From NCBI GenBank assembly GCA_951406725.2, contig OX597831.1, positions 25,978,001 to 26,042,000 on the forward strand: a DNA stretch of 64,000 bases, given 5' to 3'. The position numbers and the translations under genes were made by a program. Numbering within the stretch: position 1 is the first letter of the stretch; each line of letters opens with the position of its first letter. The notes below the pieces were generated by a model. It was not told the DNA's origin and searched no databases. It saw only the letters and a list, made by a program, of their open reading frames with translations. Shown in pieces: positions 25,831 to 38,320 of this stretch. This DNA comes from Octopus vulgaris. Its lineage: Eukaryota.

Positions 25831-25892
<62 letters not shown>

Positions 25893-26362
25893 ATGTATGT
25901 ATGTATGTATCATTTCACTAATTATGTGTTTGTATGTTTTCTATTTATTTCGATATTGCATTCAGGTTTTAAAGGTTTACAAGTGTATATGTAGCCATGT
26001 ATGCATAAGTGTATATACTTTTTTGTTATACATGTTTCCATGTTTATTTGTGCATGGTTGTGTCAATAAACAAGGACATATGTATGTACGCATGTATGTA
26101 TGTATGTATGTATGTATGTATGTATGTATGTATGTATGTATGTATGTATGAATGTAAGTATGTATGTATATATGTATGTATGTATGTATGAATGTAAGTA
26201 TGTAATAATGTATATATGTATGTATGAATGTATGTATGTATGTGCTTATTGTAAATAAGAAATATAAGTCCTGTGTATGTAGAATTCTATTTGAATGTGT
26301 GTATACATGATACAGCTGTATCTGTTTGTGTATATGTATGTGTGTGTGCATGCATGTGTATG

Positions 26363-26414
<52 letters not shown>

Positions 26415-28245
26415 AAGATGTATGTGTATGTTTGTATATAATGATTTTTACTACTGATTCTCTAAATATTTCTTTCAATTTCATTTCTGCTTGTTCAAAA
26501 TTAATAATATTCCAAACAACTAAACTTGAAAAATTATATAACCGTTGTTGTTTGGGTGGTGTATAGGTGTTTTCATTCATGAATAGTTATGTTTAGGTGC
26601 TCTTCCTCTTTATCCCTTCTTTTTACTATTTCATCCCCCTTTTGTCCACTCTTGCCTAAACCCCACTGGCTTTTATTTATTCTGCTTCATTTGAAACACT
26701 TGCTTTCTCAACCTTTTTTTCTTCAGTTCCTTGCTTCAACCTTCTTCGTTCGCCCCCACATCCAGATTCCTGACCTTCTCACATTTATTTTTCAGTCTTC
26801 TCCCATCAGTCCCCACCATAGCTTCTTTATGTCAATTTCTTCTTATTCACTTACCTGAAACTCCAGTTACAATGCCTCTCTCTCTCCTCCTCTCTCCACC
26901 CCGTCACTCTCTCATATTCTCTCCAGCAAAGGGCAAGGGTCCATGACTTAAGATTCTTTATTCTTCTTAGCAATTGAACTTAACTAAACTCTTCTGTTGA
27001 CTACTATTTGTTGCCATTTCAAACCATCAGAATCTCCAGATTCTTGGTTTTACTCTGTATCTCTTGTTAGTAGTTAATCTTGTGTTCTTCTTTTTGTAAA
27101 CCAATGCCACCAGGATCAAGTCTGCCTCCCTTTCTTTTAGAATTTATAAAAATTATACATACTGGTATTGGCTATGCCTTGTCATTCAATCAAATTGGCA
27201 ATGTATGTAGTGAAAAACAAATCACTATTTCCATTATCTTTATCTTGCGCAGTCGTATTTCTAAGTTGGCAATGGTTACCTTGTTTTAGAAAACAGATGT
27301 AGTTCCTTTTATATATTTATCTCTTGTATCGGAAGTACGAATTAGAATTTTTGGCTAAGTTACATATTCATCAAGTAATGTTTGCTTATCAACATGTGCA
27401 TATTTTCTCATAAAAAAAGAAAGAAAAATACTATTTTCAAGTAGGAAAGCCTTTAAAACATGTAATGTATCGATTCTTCACTTCTTAATGCCAATTGTCC
27501 ATCACAACAAAGAAATGGCCTTTTATATGTCATCTTCACTGTTCACTGCTATTTAAATTTTAAAACTTTATTCAGTTGTTCACTGACTATAAATGTATAA
27601 AATTCTATGTCAATTTTATACACCATTCAAATGTCGAACCCTTCTTTAGATAAAAGCCTGTCGCTTGAAAACTTGTAACACAAAATTCATTTCTTTGCCT
27701 GTATCAATTCCATTGAAATCAATGGTCTCTTGTAGCAAAGGAAAAATTATCTTATACCTATTTGTTTGATCTTGAAATATTAGAAGGAAAAAAACAACAG
27801 GAAAATATATTTCCCAATGAGCTTTGAAGTATCTTGCCAATTTTGATTATTGATTAAGTATTTTCAAATAAATGTAAGGAGGGGGTCGAGAGAGAAAAAA
27901 TAAATAAACCATCACTCTTTTGATGTAAAGTAAACAATTTGGTGGTCAGGTAAGTCATCCCCAGACTATTAAATACTGAAAATATACCAAATATTAGCTT
28001 AAAAGATGTTGAAAGTGTTATAGATATTTGTATATTAGACCTAATGGAAGATTTGGCAAATGCAATTTTTTTTTTTTTAGTTTATGCATTTACGATTTAT
28101 GGCAACATACATATTTATATGTATTTTCGTATGAATGTGTGTTGGATTCACTTCTGTTTTCTTATACGTCGATTTTGAAATACACATATCTAATTATATC
28201 TATTCTTATTCTACAATTTCACTCTTTCTCTGTCTGTTTCTCCTT

Positions 28246-28309
<64 letters not shown>

Positions 28310-28898
28310 GTATTTGCTTATACAGATTCATGCACAGATACAATGCACATATGTATGTTCCTGTCTGTATATACACATTTATATGTGAGCATAGTAACTT
28401 TGATTTCTAGCCTGTACCTAAATGTTTCATGCTACCAACCTCATACTGAGACAGCTATAATTGTCAATTGGTATTTGGAAAATAAACATCCTTTAATACA
28501 AACATGACTTAGGCAAACATTATACCTAACATTTGCAGGTTTTTATAGTACGAGGTTTACTCTATAAAACCTTTAGACATGGCTTTCAAGTTCTTGTTAT
28601 GTACACACAGTTCACACATTCACAATAAAAGTGTGTATTGCACAAATCTGCAAAAAAAAAAAAAGCTAAATCATAAATCCACTTAAAATATATAAAAACA
28701 TGAATATATATTTATCCACTACACACATTTGAAAAATATCTGAAGGTTTGAGACCATGACACACTAAAGCAAAACTATATGAGAAATAATATGTGGATTC
28801 TCAGCATTCCTGGCCATATTCACTGGGAGAGTTAAATTGACCACTGCAAAACATCCATTAATTTTACAGTGTTGCTGTTACTTACAGAGGTGAATTAA

Positions 28899-29119
28899 CC
28901 CTTTCATTACCAACCCGGCTGAAACTGGCTCTGGCTCTGAGTACAAATGTCTTGTTTTCATAAGTTTTGAATTAAAATCTTCCACCAAACCTTAGTCACA
29001 ATTTATGTTCCTAACACCAGCTTAATGATAACTAGGTTATTCTATTAAATTCTTTGTTATATTTAAAATTAATTGAAAGAAACACAGAGCATCTCAACAG
29101 AAATATGGTAACAAAAGGG
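28899..29119. mobile_element. piggyBac-type MITE
   Basis: TTAA-ccctttcattac...gtaacaaaaggg-TTAA. Confidence 0.9.
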
Positions 29120-29139
29120 TTAACAAATGATTAATTTAG

Positions 29140-29360
29140 CCCTTTCAATACCAACCCGGCTGAAACTGGCTGTGGCTCTGTAATACAAATGTCTTGTTTT
29201 CATAAGTTTTGAATTAAAATCTTCCATCAAACCTTAGTCACAATTTATGTTCCTGACACTAGCTTAATGGTAACTAAGTCATTTTACTAAATTCTTTGTT
29301 ATATTTAAAGTAATTGAAAGAAACAGAGAGCATCTTAAAATAAATACAGTAATGAAAGGG
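29140..29360. mobile_element. piggyBac-type MITE
   Basis: TTAG-ccctttcaatac...gtaatgaaaggg-TTAA, 20 bp from the previous copy. Confidence 0.9.
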
Positions 29361-29570
29361 TTAAACCTTCCAACTGATAACTGTATTCTGCTAGATCAAT
29401 GGTTCTCAACCATATTTTGCCTGTGGACCCCTATGATTTTTGTTTTACGCAGGTGGACCTTCATAGCCATTTGATGTTTTAAAATATTATTATATCTTTA
29501 TAATTAGATATTTTTAGGAATTATATTAAAAAATTGTTAAAATACTTTGTGTATTGTAATGGTATAACCG

Positions 29571-29870
29571 TGGAGGCACATGGTTAGAGCAGCGGACTCG
29601 CTGTTGAGGGATCGGTGGTTCCAATCTCAGACCGGGTGATGTGTGCATTTATGAGTGAAACACCTAAGCTCCATGCGGCTCCGGCAGAAGGTAATGGCGA
29701 ACTTCTGCTGACTCTTTCGCCACAACTTTCTCTCACTCTTTCTCCTGTTGGCCTGCTCACTTGGCCAGCGGGGTGGCATCATTTGAAAGCTAAAACAATG
29801 TGAAGCGCATTGTGACCAGCGATATGTAGCAACATCTGAGAGCCTGGTCGGTCATGGTGATCACAGTGAT
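29571..29870 (+). mobile_element. S2-related SINE with a distinct tail, inside a hAT-like MITE starting at 29397
   Basis: Head ggaggcacatggttagagcagcggactcgc; upstream caatggttctcaacc TIR-like end. Confidence 0.7.
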
Positions 29871-30380
29871 AGCAACTTAGATTTTTAAGAGGTATTTAAT
29901 GACCAATCTTGGGTTATAAGTTCATACTGACAGTAAAAAATGTTTGTGTGAGTGTGTTTTTAAGTGTTTGTGTATTCTTTCTCTTAGATTTTACTTCTTT
30001 CTTTTTTACAATTTCTTTACACTACATAAATTTCCTATTGTTTAGGTGGCACGTCCTTTTTTTCATTTATATCTCTTATTTATTACCAAGACGTCTGTCT
30101 TGGTAATATTTTAATGAAAATTGAAGTTGATTATTCGGTTTTTATCTTAGTAATCATAAGACCAATTGTTTTACTTTTATTGTTTTTTTTTTTTTGTTTT
30201 TTGGGCCGAGCCATTGTTAGAGTTTCAATACAATATAAACGGCAGAAGAAATAAAATTGAAAATATTATTTTCTGCTGCAAGTCTAGTTAATCTTAGAGA
30301 TATGTCTTTATTTTCGTTTTATAAGTCATTTGGTTTATTTAATGAGATTTTAGCATTTTGCAGAAATGTTTATGTTTTTA

Positions 30381-30424
<44 letters not shown>

Positions 30425-30643
30425 ATGTGTGTATTGTTGTTGTTGTCAGTTACTAAAATATATTGATGTTTTATAACTTGATAGATCAATTGAAAATTGA
30501 AATTGGGTGGAAAGGAAAAGTAATTTTCAAATTTAATCTATTTTCTTTGGATCTGCAGAAGTGCAAATGATTTGGATATATATATATATATATACACATA
30601 CATATATATATATATACATACATACATACACACACACACACAT

Positions 30644-30708
<65 letters not shown>

Positions 30709-30731
30709 CATATATATACATACATACACAG

Positions 30732-30797
<66 letters not shown>

Positions 30798-31572
30798 GCA
30801 TATATATATATATCCCGTTTTCTTTTTCTTAAGTTTTAATGTTCGTTAGCATTAATCAGTAGTTGGGCTATAAATTATAAACTCTTTTGCAAGGAAGCTG
30901 TATTTAAATATGTTTGCATTTACTGAATTTGTTGTTCTGAAACTGAGAGTAATACTGATAAATCAAGCAGCAGAACACTAACTCGGATGCTTTACTGTCT
31001 CCAGTTTGCATTTCATTCTACATAATGGAAGGTTGTTGTCCTTTCTTCAGTGACTAATCAACCAAAATTTCTTCTACAATTCCCATTAATCTTAATTTCG
31101 CCTTTTTGTCTTTCTAAGCAAATTATAGTGAGTGCCAATGATATACTGAGGTCGTATCAACGTAATATGGTGAATTTTACTGAATCACCTAAGTCTGTCT
31201 TCTTACAAAAGATTTGCTTTATGTCTATTCAAAAATGATCAATATTTAAAAAAATGTTTCTATAAAATTTATATTACTTCTCTTACCAGTTTTTATCTTC
31301 TAAATTCATTTTAAATTCATTAAAAAAATTGTTAACCAAAATAAGTCTAAGAGATTTGAGAAAAGATGCATAAATACTAGAACAATTCTTCAGTGAAAAT
31401 AAAAATCAAAATATTTTTCTTATTATTAAACCATACTAATAGATTGGTAGAATTTGTAAAACATTATGTTATTTAGTTACATGTTTTTGAGTTCTGACTT
31501 CCACTGAAATCAACTTTTATCCTCCATCCTTCTGGAACTGAGAGAGTTACAGCCAAGTACTTAAGGTTAATT

Positions 31573-31835
31573 GTGGAGGCATGTGGCTTAGTGGTTAGGG
31601 TGTCAGCATCATGATCATAAGATTGTGATTTTGATTCCTTGACCGGGCGACGTGTTGGGTTCTTGAGCAAAACACTTCATTTCACGTTGCTCCAGTCCAC
31701 TTAGCTGGCAAAAATTAGTAACGCTGCGATGGACTGGCATCCAGTCCAGCTGGGGACCACATACACCATGGAAACCAGGAAACCAGGCCCATGAGCCTGG
31801 GTAGGCTTTAAAAAGGGTGCATTTATTTTATTATT
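31573..31835 (+). mobile_element. tRNA-derived SINE (H3 head + Tb tail)
   Basis: gtggaggcatgtggcttagtggttagggtg..gagcctgggtaggctttaaaaagggtgcatttattt; flanking repeat tacttaaggttaatt. Confidence 0.85.
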
Positions 31836-32147
31836 ACTTAAGGTTAATTAAACAGCCCTCCCTCCAGCTCATCTTTGTAGTTTTGTACCTATGATGGAAA
31901 TAATTATGTTTAATATCCATCATGATAATTGAGTAACATTAGTTGTTCATTTCAGTTAGACACACAGCTAGATTTTTGCCTGTTAGAAGGGCCTTTGACT
32001 GAGCCAACTTCAGCATGTTAATATATATTTAGTTCTTTCACCTAAGCATAAAGTCACTATTTGAATGAGAGGTTTGTAGTTAAGTCAACTTAACATACTA
32101 CTGATTTCATGATACTCATTTCATAAACTCTAGTTGTTAAAACAAGT

Positions 32148-32528
32148 GGAGGTGCAATGGCCCAGTGGTTAGGGCAGCGGACTCGCGGTCGTAGGATCGC
32201 GGTTTCGATTCCCAGACCGGGCATTGTGAGTGTTTATTGAGCGAAAACACCTAAAGCTTCACAAGGCTCCTGCAGGGGGTGTTGGTGAACCCTGCTGTAC
32301 TCTTTCACCACAACTTTCTCTCACTCTTTCTTCCTGTTTCTGTTGTACCTGTATTTCAAAGGGGCCAGCCTTGTCACACTCTGTGTCACGCTGAATCTCC
32401 TCGAGAACTACGTTAAGGGTACACGTGTCTGTGGAATGCTCAGCCACTTGCATGTTAATTTCACGAGCAAGCTGTTCCGTTGATCGTATCAGCTGGGACC
32501 CTCATCGTCGTAACCGACGGAGTGCTCC
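32148..32528 (+). mobile_element. SINE S2 (H2 head + Ta tail)
   Basis: ggaggtgcaatggcccagtggttagggcagcggactcgcggtc..tcgtcgtaaccgacggagtgc. Confidence 0.9.
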
Positions 32529-32769
32529 TAATAAATAATTTGATAGCTCATAAAACTGACAGAACTAATAAGATGCACCTCAGATTGTTTCTTCAAAAAT
32601 AGTTTTGAAACACAGAAGTATATTTCTGCTTGTTATTTGTAGTCCTTCTCATCAGATCATTTAAAGTTTATTGCATTCAGTTTCTTATGAAATATCAATG
32701 CTGCTCATAAAAAAGAAAAAAGAAAACTATATTTAATCCTTTTGTTACAATATATTTCCAGGTACTATA

Positions 32770-33152
32770 ATCATCCTCATCATCATCATCGTTTAACGTC
32801 CATTTTCCGTGCTAGCATGGGTTGAATAGTTCAACCGGGGTCTGGGAAACCAGGAGGCTGCACCAGGCTCCAGTTTGATCTGGCAGTGTTTCTACAGCTG
32901 GATGCCCTTCCTAATGCCAACCACTCCGTGAGTGTAGTGGGTGCTTTTTACGTGCCACCGGTACAAGTGCCAGAGGAGGCTGACAACAGCCATGATCGGT
33001 TGGTGCTTTTTACGTGCCACCGGCACGGAAGCCAGTCAGGGTGGCGCTGGCATCGGCCACGTTCGGATGGTGCTTTTTACATGTCACCGGCGCAAGTATC
33101 ACAACTACAATTTCCATTTGATATTTATTTTGATGTTGATGTACTTGACTCA
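32770..33152 (-). mobile_element. SINE-like family S3
   Basis: (CAT)n tail plus conserved body; close to the 22219 copy. Confidence 0.8.
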
Positions 33153-33614
33153 AAATATATTTCTAGAATATACTCCATATGTGTTTGGATTAAATTCTTA
33201 AATAATCATGAAGAAGCCAGACCACTTACATAAAACAACTATAACTTATTTTATTATTTATTGACATATTAAAGCTGTGTTTCACAGTCTCACCAAGATA
33301 TTCTTACATACATATTTTGCGGAAATACAAAATCTGTAATATAAAGTTCTTTAAGTTTTGTTTTAATATCACCATATAAAATGTGCCATTTGCTAATATA
33401 TTGTTTTAATGCGCATTATTATATTTATGGTAAAAATACCCTGTTTTGTTCAATTTGTTCTTTTCCCTTTGCTTATATTTTACAAAATGATTCATCTCCA
33501 CTGTTATTACTTGAAACAGAATAGAGAAGACTACATAGTCTGTAGGTTTGAGTTATGATGTTGACTGATTGGGTTCAGATTCTTCTGCAACTTTTGGCAG
33601 AGAAATATTCTATT

Positions 33615-33880
33615 TCTCTCTTTTACTCTTTTACTTGTTTCAGTCATTTTCACTGTGGCCATGCTGGAGCACCACCTTTAGTCGAGCAAATCAACCACAG
33701 GACTTATTCTTTGTAAGCCTAGTACTTATTCTATCAGTCTCTTTTGCTGAACTGCTAAGTTACGGGGATGTAGACACACCAGCATCGGTTGTCAAGCGAT
33801 GTTGGGGGACAAACACAGACGCACAAACATACACACACACACACACACATATATATACATATATATGACGGGCTTCTTTT
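33615..33880 (-). mobile_element. SINE S1, 5'-truncated
   Basis: Homology to the 3' half of S1. Confidence 0.85.
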
Positions 33881-33982
33881 ATATTATAAGTTTTCACTCC
33901 ATTTTCTTTACAGAAATCATCATAATGGAATCAGACATGGTTTACACACTTTACATTAGAAGCAGTGGTTTAATGTCTAGCA

Positions 33983-34392
33983 TAGTGGTTCTCAGCTAGG
34001 GTCAATATAGCCCCTGGGGGTCCATATAAGATTTTGGTGGATCCATAAAACAAAATAGTAACCTGGGGATCCATGATAGTATTTTAAGGGCCCCATTTAG
34101 TTTAGCCTACATAAATTGATGTTTGAGCAACAAAATAGAAATTAGTTTTTAAACTTCGAATAACTATGGGGCTTGGGGTCTACCAGAATAAAATAGTAAC
34201 CAAAGGGGTTCATAGATAAAAAATGATTGAGGCATAGGAGTGGCTGTGTGGTAACTAGCTTGTTTACCAACCACATGGTTCCGGGTTCATTCTCACTGCA
34301 TGGCACCTTGGGCAAGTATCTTCTACTATAGCTTCGGGTCGACCAAAGCCTTGTGAGTGGATTTGGTAGACGGAAACTGAAAGAAGCTCATC

Positions 34393-34425
<33 letters not shown>

Positions 34426-34649
34426 TGCGTATTTGTGTGTCTGTGTTTGTCCCCCAACATTGCTTGACAACCGAAGCTGGTGTGTTTACATCTCCATAAC
34501 TTAGCAGTTCGGCAAAGGAGACCAACAGAATAAGTACTAGGCTTACAAAGAATAGGTCCTTGGGTCAATTTGCTCAACTAAAGGTGGTGCTCCAGCATGG
34601 CCACAGTCAAATAACTGAAACAAGTAAAAGAGTAAAAGGGTAACCTCTG
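33983..34649. mobile_element. hAT-type MITE whose right TIR is split by an S1 SINE (34231-34640, +)
   Basis: tagtggttctcagc ... gattga|SINE|taacctctg; 8-bp TSD gtctagca / gtctagta. Confidence 0.7.
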
Positions 34650-34934
34650 GTCTAGTATATGCTGTATGTAAAACTCATCTTAAAAAAATCATTCAAATTT
34701 AGAGTCACTTTTACGAAATATGAAAGTTACATAATTTTTGAATGATTTTGAAAAGGGTACAATGTAACAGATATAAGGAATAAGAAAGAATCTTGAATAA
34801 TGTCCAAAATATTCAAAGAACACAAATTTTATATTTAAAAAAAAAATGTCAGTCAGTTTTTTATATTATTTATCAACATTCTTTTTCATAGTTTTAGTAG
34901 ATTTTTAAAATATAACAAGGGGTGAAATTAATTT

Positions 34935-35320
34935 TCTATTAATCATAAATTTGATAATAACTGTTTACTAGTCCATCAAAAGAAAACCAAAAAAACATTA
35001 TCGTTTGCAGTTACCCTCAGCTTATCTTCAAACATTATTTTAAAGAAATAATTTTCATTATTATTTTTTGTTATTATTAAACCATTATTTCTTTAATCTA
35101 CAACCCAATACTTCATCTCCTTCCATTTCAACATATCGTAGTTGAGCTTTTGTGCTTCGATTTTTCTTGTTCTTTTCAAGCATGTACCATTTTTTTTTTT
35201 CTCAGTTGGAAGTAGTCCAAAAAACGGTTTGCAGCATTTCTGTTGCCATTTCTTCTCAGGGCTGTTGTATTATAACTTATAAACATTGTGGAGGCATCTT
35301 TTCTCTCTGATTCCATTATG
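34935..35320 (-). pseudogene. decayed pogo-type (POGK-like) transposase N-terminus
   Basis: Frameshifted NGNRNAANRF-GLLPTEK-MVHA*KEQ..KWKEMKYWVVD..NGLIITKKII resembles a Brinker-type DBD plus CENP-B HTH (GNR.A.R.FG..PTEKM.R.W.KQ). Confidence 0.5.
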
Positions 35321-35840
35321 CTGGGATTGAGGTAATGTAAAAATTGTAAACCTGAAAGAATCTTCAACTAAGAAAGGGTTGTTTGTGTTTGTCAGTTAAA
35401 CAAATATTCTCCTTTTAATTAAACAGTTTTATCCAGAATGTCTACCTTATCATTGTTAAACCAAATATAGAATGTTTCTATCAATTAAACAAATATCACT
35501 TAGGCTTCACATTAATGAAAACATTGAGTGTCAAGTTTACTTTATAACTTATCTTTAGTTTACATATATGATCAAGCATTGTCACTTAATTTTCCTCCTG
35601 ACTGGGGATTGTATTTACATGAAGAAAATAATATCAATTTCAAAATTTGGCAATGACCAGCGAGTTCAGAGGAAGGGCAAAGTCCATTACATCAGCCCCA
35701 CTGCTCAACCCCAAAAGGATAAAAGGCAAAGTTGACCTCATCAGAATTTGAACACAATGAAAAAATGGACGAAATGCTGTTCAGCATTTTGCCCAGCATG
35801 CTAACACTTCTACCAGTTCAAGAGCTTAATAATAATAATG

Positions 35841-35890
<50 letters not shown>

Positions 35891-35895
<5 letters not shown>

Positions 35896-36450
35896 GCCCT
35901 GATAAAATACCAATCAGTGGCTCTCATGGCTTCTTATCTTAACTGATTGGAAGTGTTATCATGTACATTGTTTTGTCTTGGTATAAAAGATGGGCTACAG
36001 CAAATATTCTGCTCAATACCACAGATTTGCTTGTCAGTTGTTTGACCTTAACCAGTTGAGCATGTCCCTTAGTGGCTGACAATATGTGCATCTCTCATCA
36101 TAAGCAGAAGAAGTGGGGGAGCATCATAGCCATGTATTTAGAGGAATTCTTTGGGGTTTGGATAATTCACCTTTGGAAACATGGGTGTTTTGTTCAACAT
36201 CTTTAAATAACCCTTATTCAGGGAACTTTTGAGCAGGATGGGCTACTCGACCTGAAGAAAGTTCTAACTGGGCCCCACCTGAAAGGTCATGCACTGTTCG
36301 TCTTGATATGAGATCACCATGGTATGCAGATATGGTTGTGATGTATGTGCCTAGTGTACCCTTATCAGACGGGAAGTCATGATGGGTATACTGGGCTTCG
36401 TATAATTTACCCCAGTGTCACTTTGATGGCATGCATTGCTCTCTCACTCA
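35891..36450. mobile_element. ~560-bp insert embedded in an (AAT)n tract
   Basis: Higher-GC segment with (AAT)n on both sides and TGAGTG...CACTCA ends; single copy here. Confidence 0.5.
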
Positions 36451-37321
36451 ATAATAATAATAATAATAATAATATTGAAAACTTTTGGAAGCAGTTTTAG
36501 TAAGAGTGATGCTTACAGTTTCTTTTATGGGATATTACAATATTAATGATCACTTCTTAGTGACTCAAACTCTGACTTTGCATTAATAAGAATTGGGCTG
36601 AACTTCTGAGACATTTTTGGTAAAAAAAAAAATGTGTGTACTTTGTAAGCCAGCCAATGCAATATTCTGAATTAAAACTAGGCACATGGATCTATTGTAA
36701 AACATAAAACTTTTAGTACAATGCTTTACTACTTGGTAATATCTATGCTGTCCAGATTATTCAAAATTAAACTGAATTAGGGTCTGAACTCAAGTCAAAT
36801 ATTTTCTTTATATCTCAGAAACTTTATTCCCCTATCTCTGTTGTAATTTACTTTTTCCACATTTGTTGCCAACTTCTCTCCTTAATACAAGATCCTGTCA
36901 CCTTGTATCAATATGAGTTTCTCCTAGCTGTATTTAAATCGCATGAAAAGACATTATTGAAAATAATCTGTGGCAGGAGAGTCAGTTTTCTTGATTGCTG
37001 TTTGATCAGCCTGCCTAAAGATACACTGAACACACATAAGACTACATTCGATAAAAAAAAATATATCTTTCTTCACGAATCTATTGCAGATCAGGTTTAA
37101 AACCAGTGCTCTTTATCTTACCATTGCTTTGTATCTGCTGTGTTAATTCCCTTGTTAATAGAATGAACTTATTTTATGTCTTATCTACTTGCTGGTTGTC
37201 GTTTACAGTGGGTCTTACTAACTCAATGCTTCTCATACAGTATTGATTTCTTTTGACTATAATATTGGACTGAATTTTTCTAGGGAAGAGGTATAATAAA
37301 TTTAATTTATCTCAGTATTTC

Positions 37322-37912
37322 TTTACTCTTTTATTTGTTTCAGTAATTTTGACTGTGGCCATGCTGGAGCATTGCTTTTTAGTCGAACAAATCAACCCCC
37401 AGGACTTATTCTTTGTAAGCCTGGTACTTATTCTATCGGTCTCTTTTGCCAAACCGATAAGTTACGGGGGCATAAACACACCAACATCGGTTGTCAAGTG
37501 ATGGTAGTGGGACAAATACAGACACATAAACATATACATATATAGATTTATAAAATGAGGAACAAATGCAACAAGAAAAAAACAACAACGCAAGGACGTG
37601 GTACATGTAAAGTATTAGCAGATGCTTAGGGAAGGAGAGAAAGGTAGTTTTATGTTTTGAGTAAAGCTCTTCATCAGAAACAGGAGACGGAGGAGAGTCC
37701 AAGAGAAAAGGTAGATGGAGGGAAAAAAAAGATCACCAAAGATCCACATGTGGTTGTATGACAGGTTCCTTTCAGTTTTGTCTACCAAATCCACTCACAA
37801 ACCTTTGATCAGCTCAAGTTTATAGTAGAAGGCACTTGCCCAAGTTGCCATGCAGTGGGACTGAAACCAGAACCATGTGGTTGGTAAGCAAGATACTTAC
37901 CACACAGCCACT
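37322..37912 (-). mobile_element. SINE S1 with an HHR-bearing insert (~37552-37760) in its microsatellite
   Basis: S1 halves flank an unrelated purine-rich segment. Confidence 0.85.
37647..37681 (-). ncRNA. minimal type-I hammerhead, decayed
   Basis: GUUU-CUGAUGA-A-GAGC-UUU-ACUC-AAAAC-AUA-AAAC; three A-to-G reversions give GCUC-GAAAC-GUA. Confidence 0.55.
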
Positions 37913-38101
37913 CAGTTCTTCACTTCAACTGAGAGAGAGATGAAAGAAATTATTGGCTTTATGAAATTTGAACTCAGAATATTGCTATACTGAAATAGGC
38001 TTAGTAACACATCCATTCAGGGACTTTGTTATATCCACTTTTTTTACCAGAACACTTGAATTAACAGGTTCTATAGAACATTCTATCTAATATATGAAGA
38101 T

Positions 38102-38267
38102 AGGTGCAGGAGTGGCTGTGTGGTAAGTAGCTTGCTTACAAACCACATGGTTCTGGGTTCAGTCCCACTGCGTGGCACCTTGGGCAAGTGTCTTCTACTA
38201 TAGCTTCAGGCCGACCAAAGCCTTGTGAGTGGATTTGGTTGACGGAAACTGAAAGAAGCCTGTCGTA

Positions 38268-38320
<53 letters not shown>

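Larger units (their letters stand above)
24678..25838. mobile_element. 427-bp inverted repeat (24678-25104 / 25412-25838) of a Penelope-like element end; each arm has an HHR-like motif and ORF start
   Basis: Arms look identical; the ORF track gives the same peptide at 24762+ and 25554-; flanked by (TA)n. Confidence 0.85.

Noticed and set aside
26849-26860. Minus-strand TTTCAG|GTAAGT
   Set aside because: Upstream sequence on that strand is purine-rich with nearby AGs, so it is not a ratchet point, and no supportable exon precedes it
30486-30839. Stacked YI/HT/CV-rich ORFs (also ~14.4 kb, ~25-26 kb and elsewhere)
   Set aside because: Dinucleotide microsatellite read-through
32148-32225. tRNA-like sequence with a TCG-containing loop
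   Set aside because: It is a SINE head continuing into the SINE body; acceptor stem incomplete; related copies have TSDs
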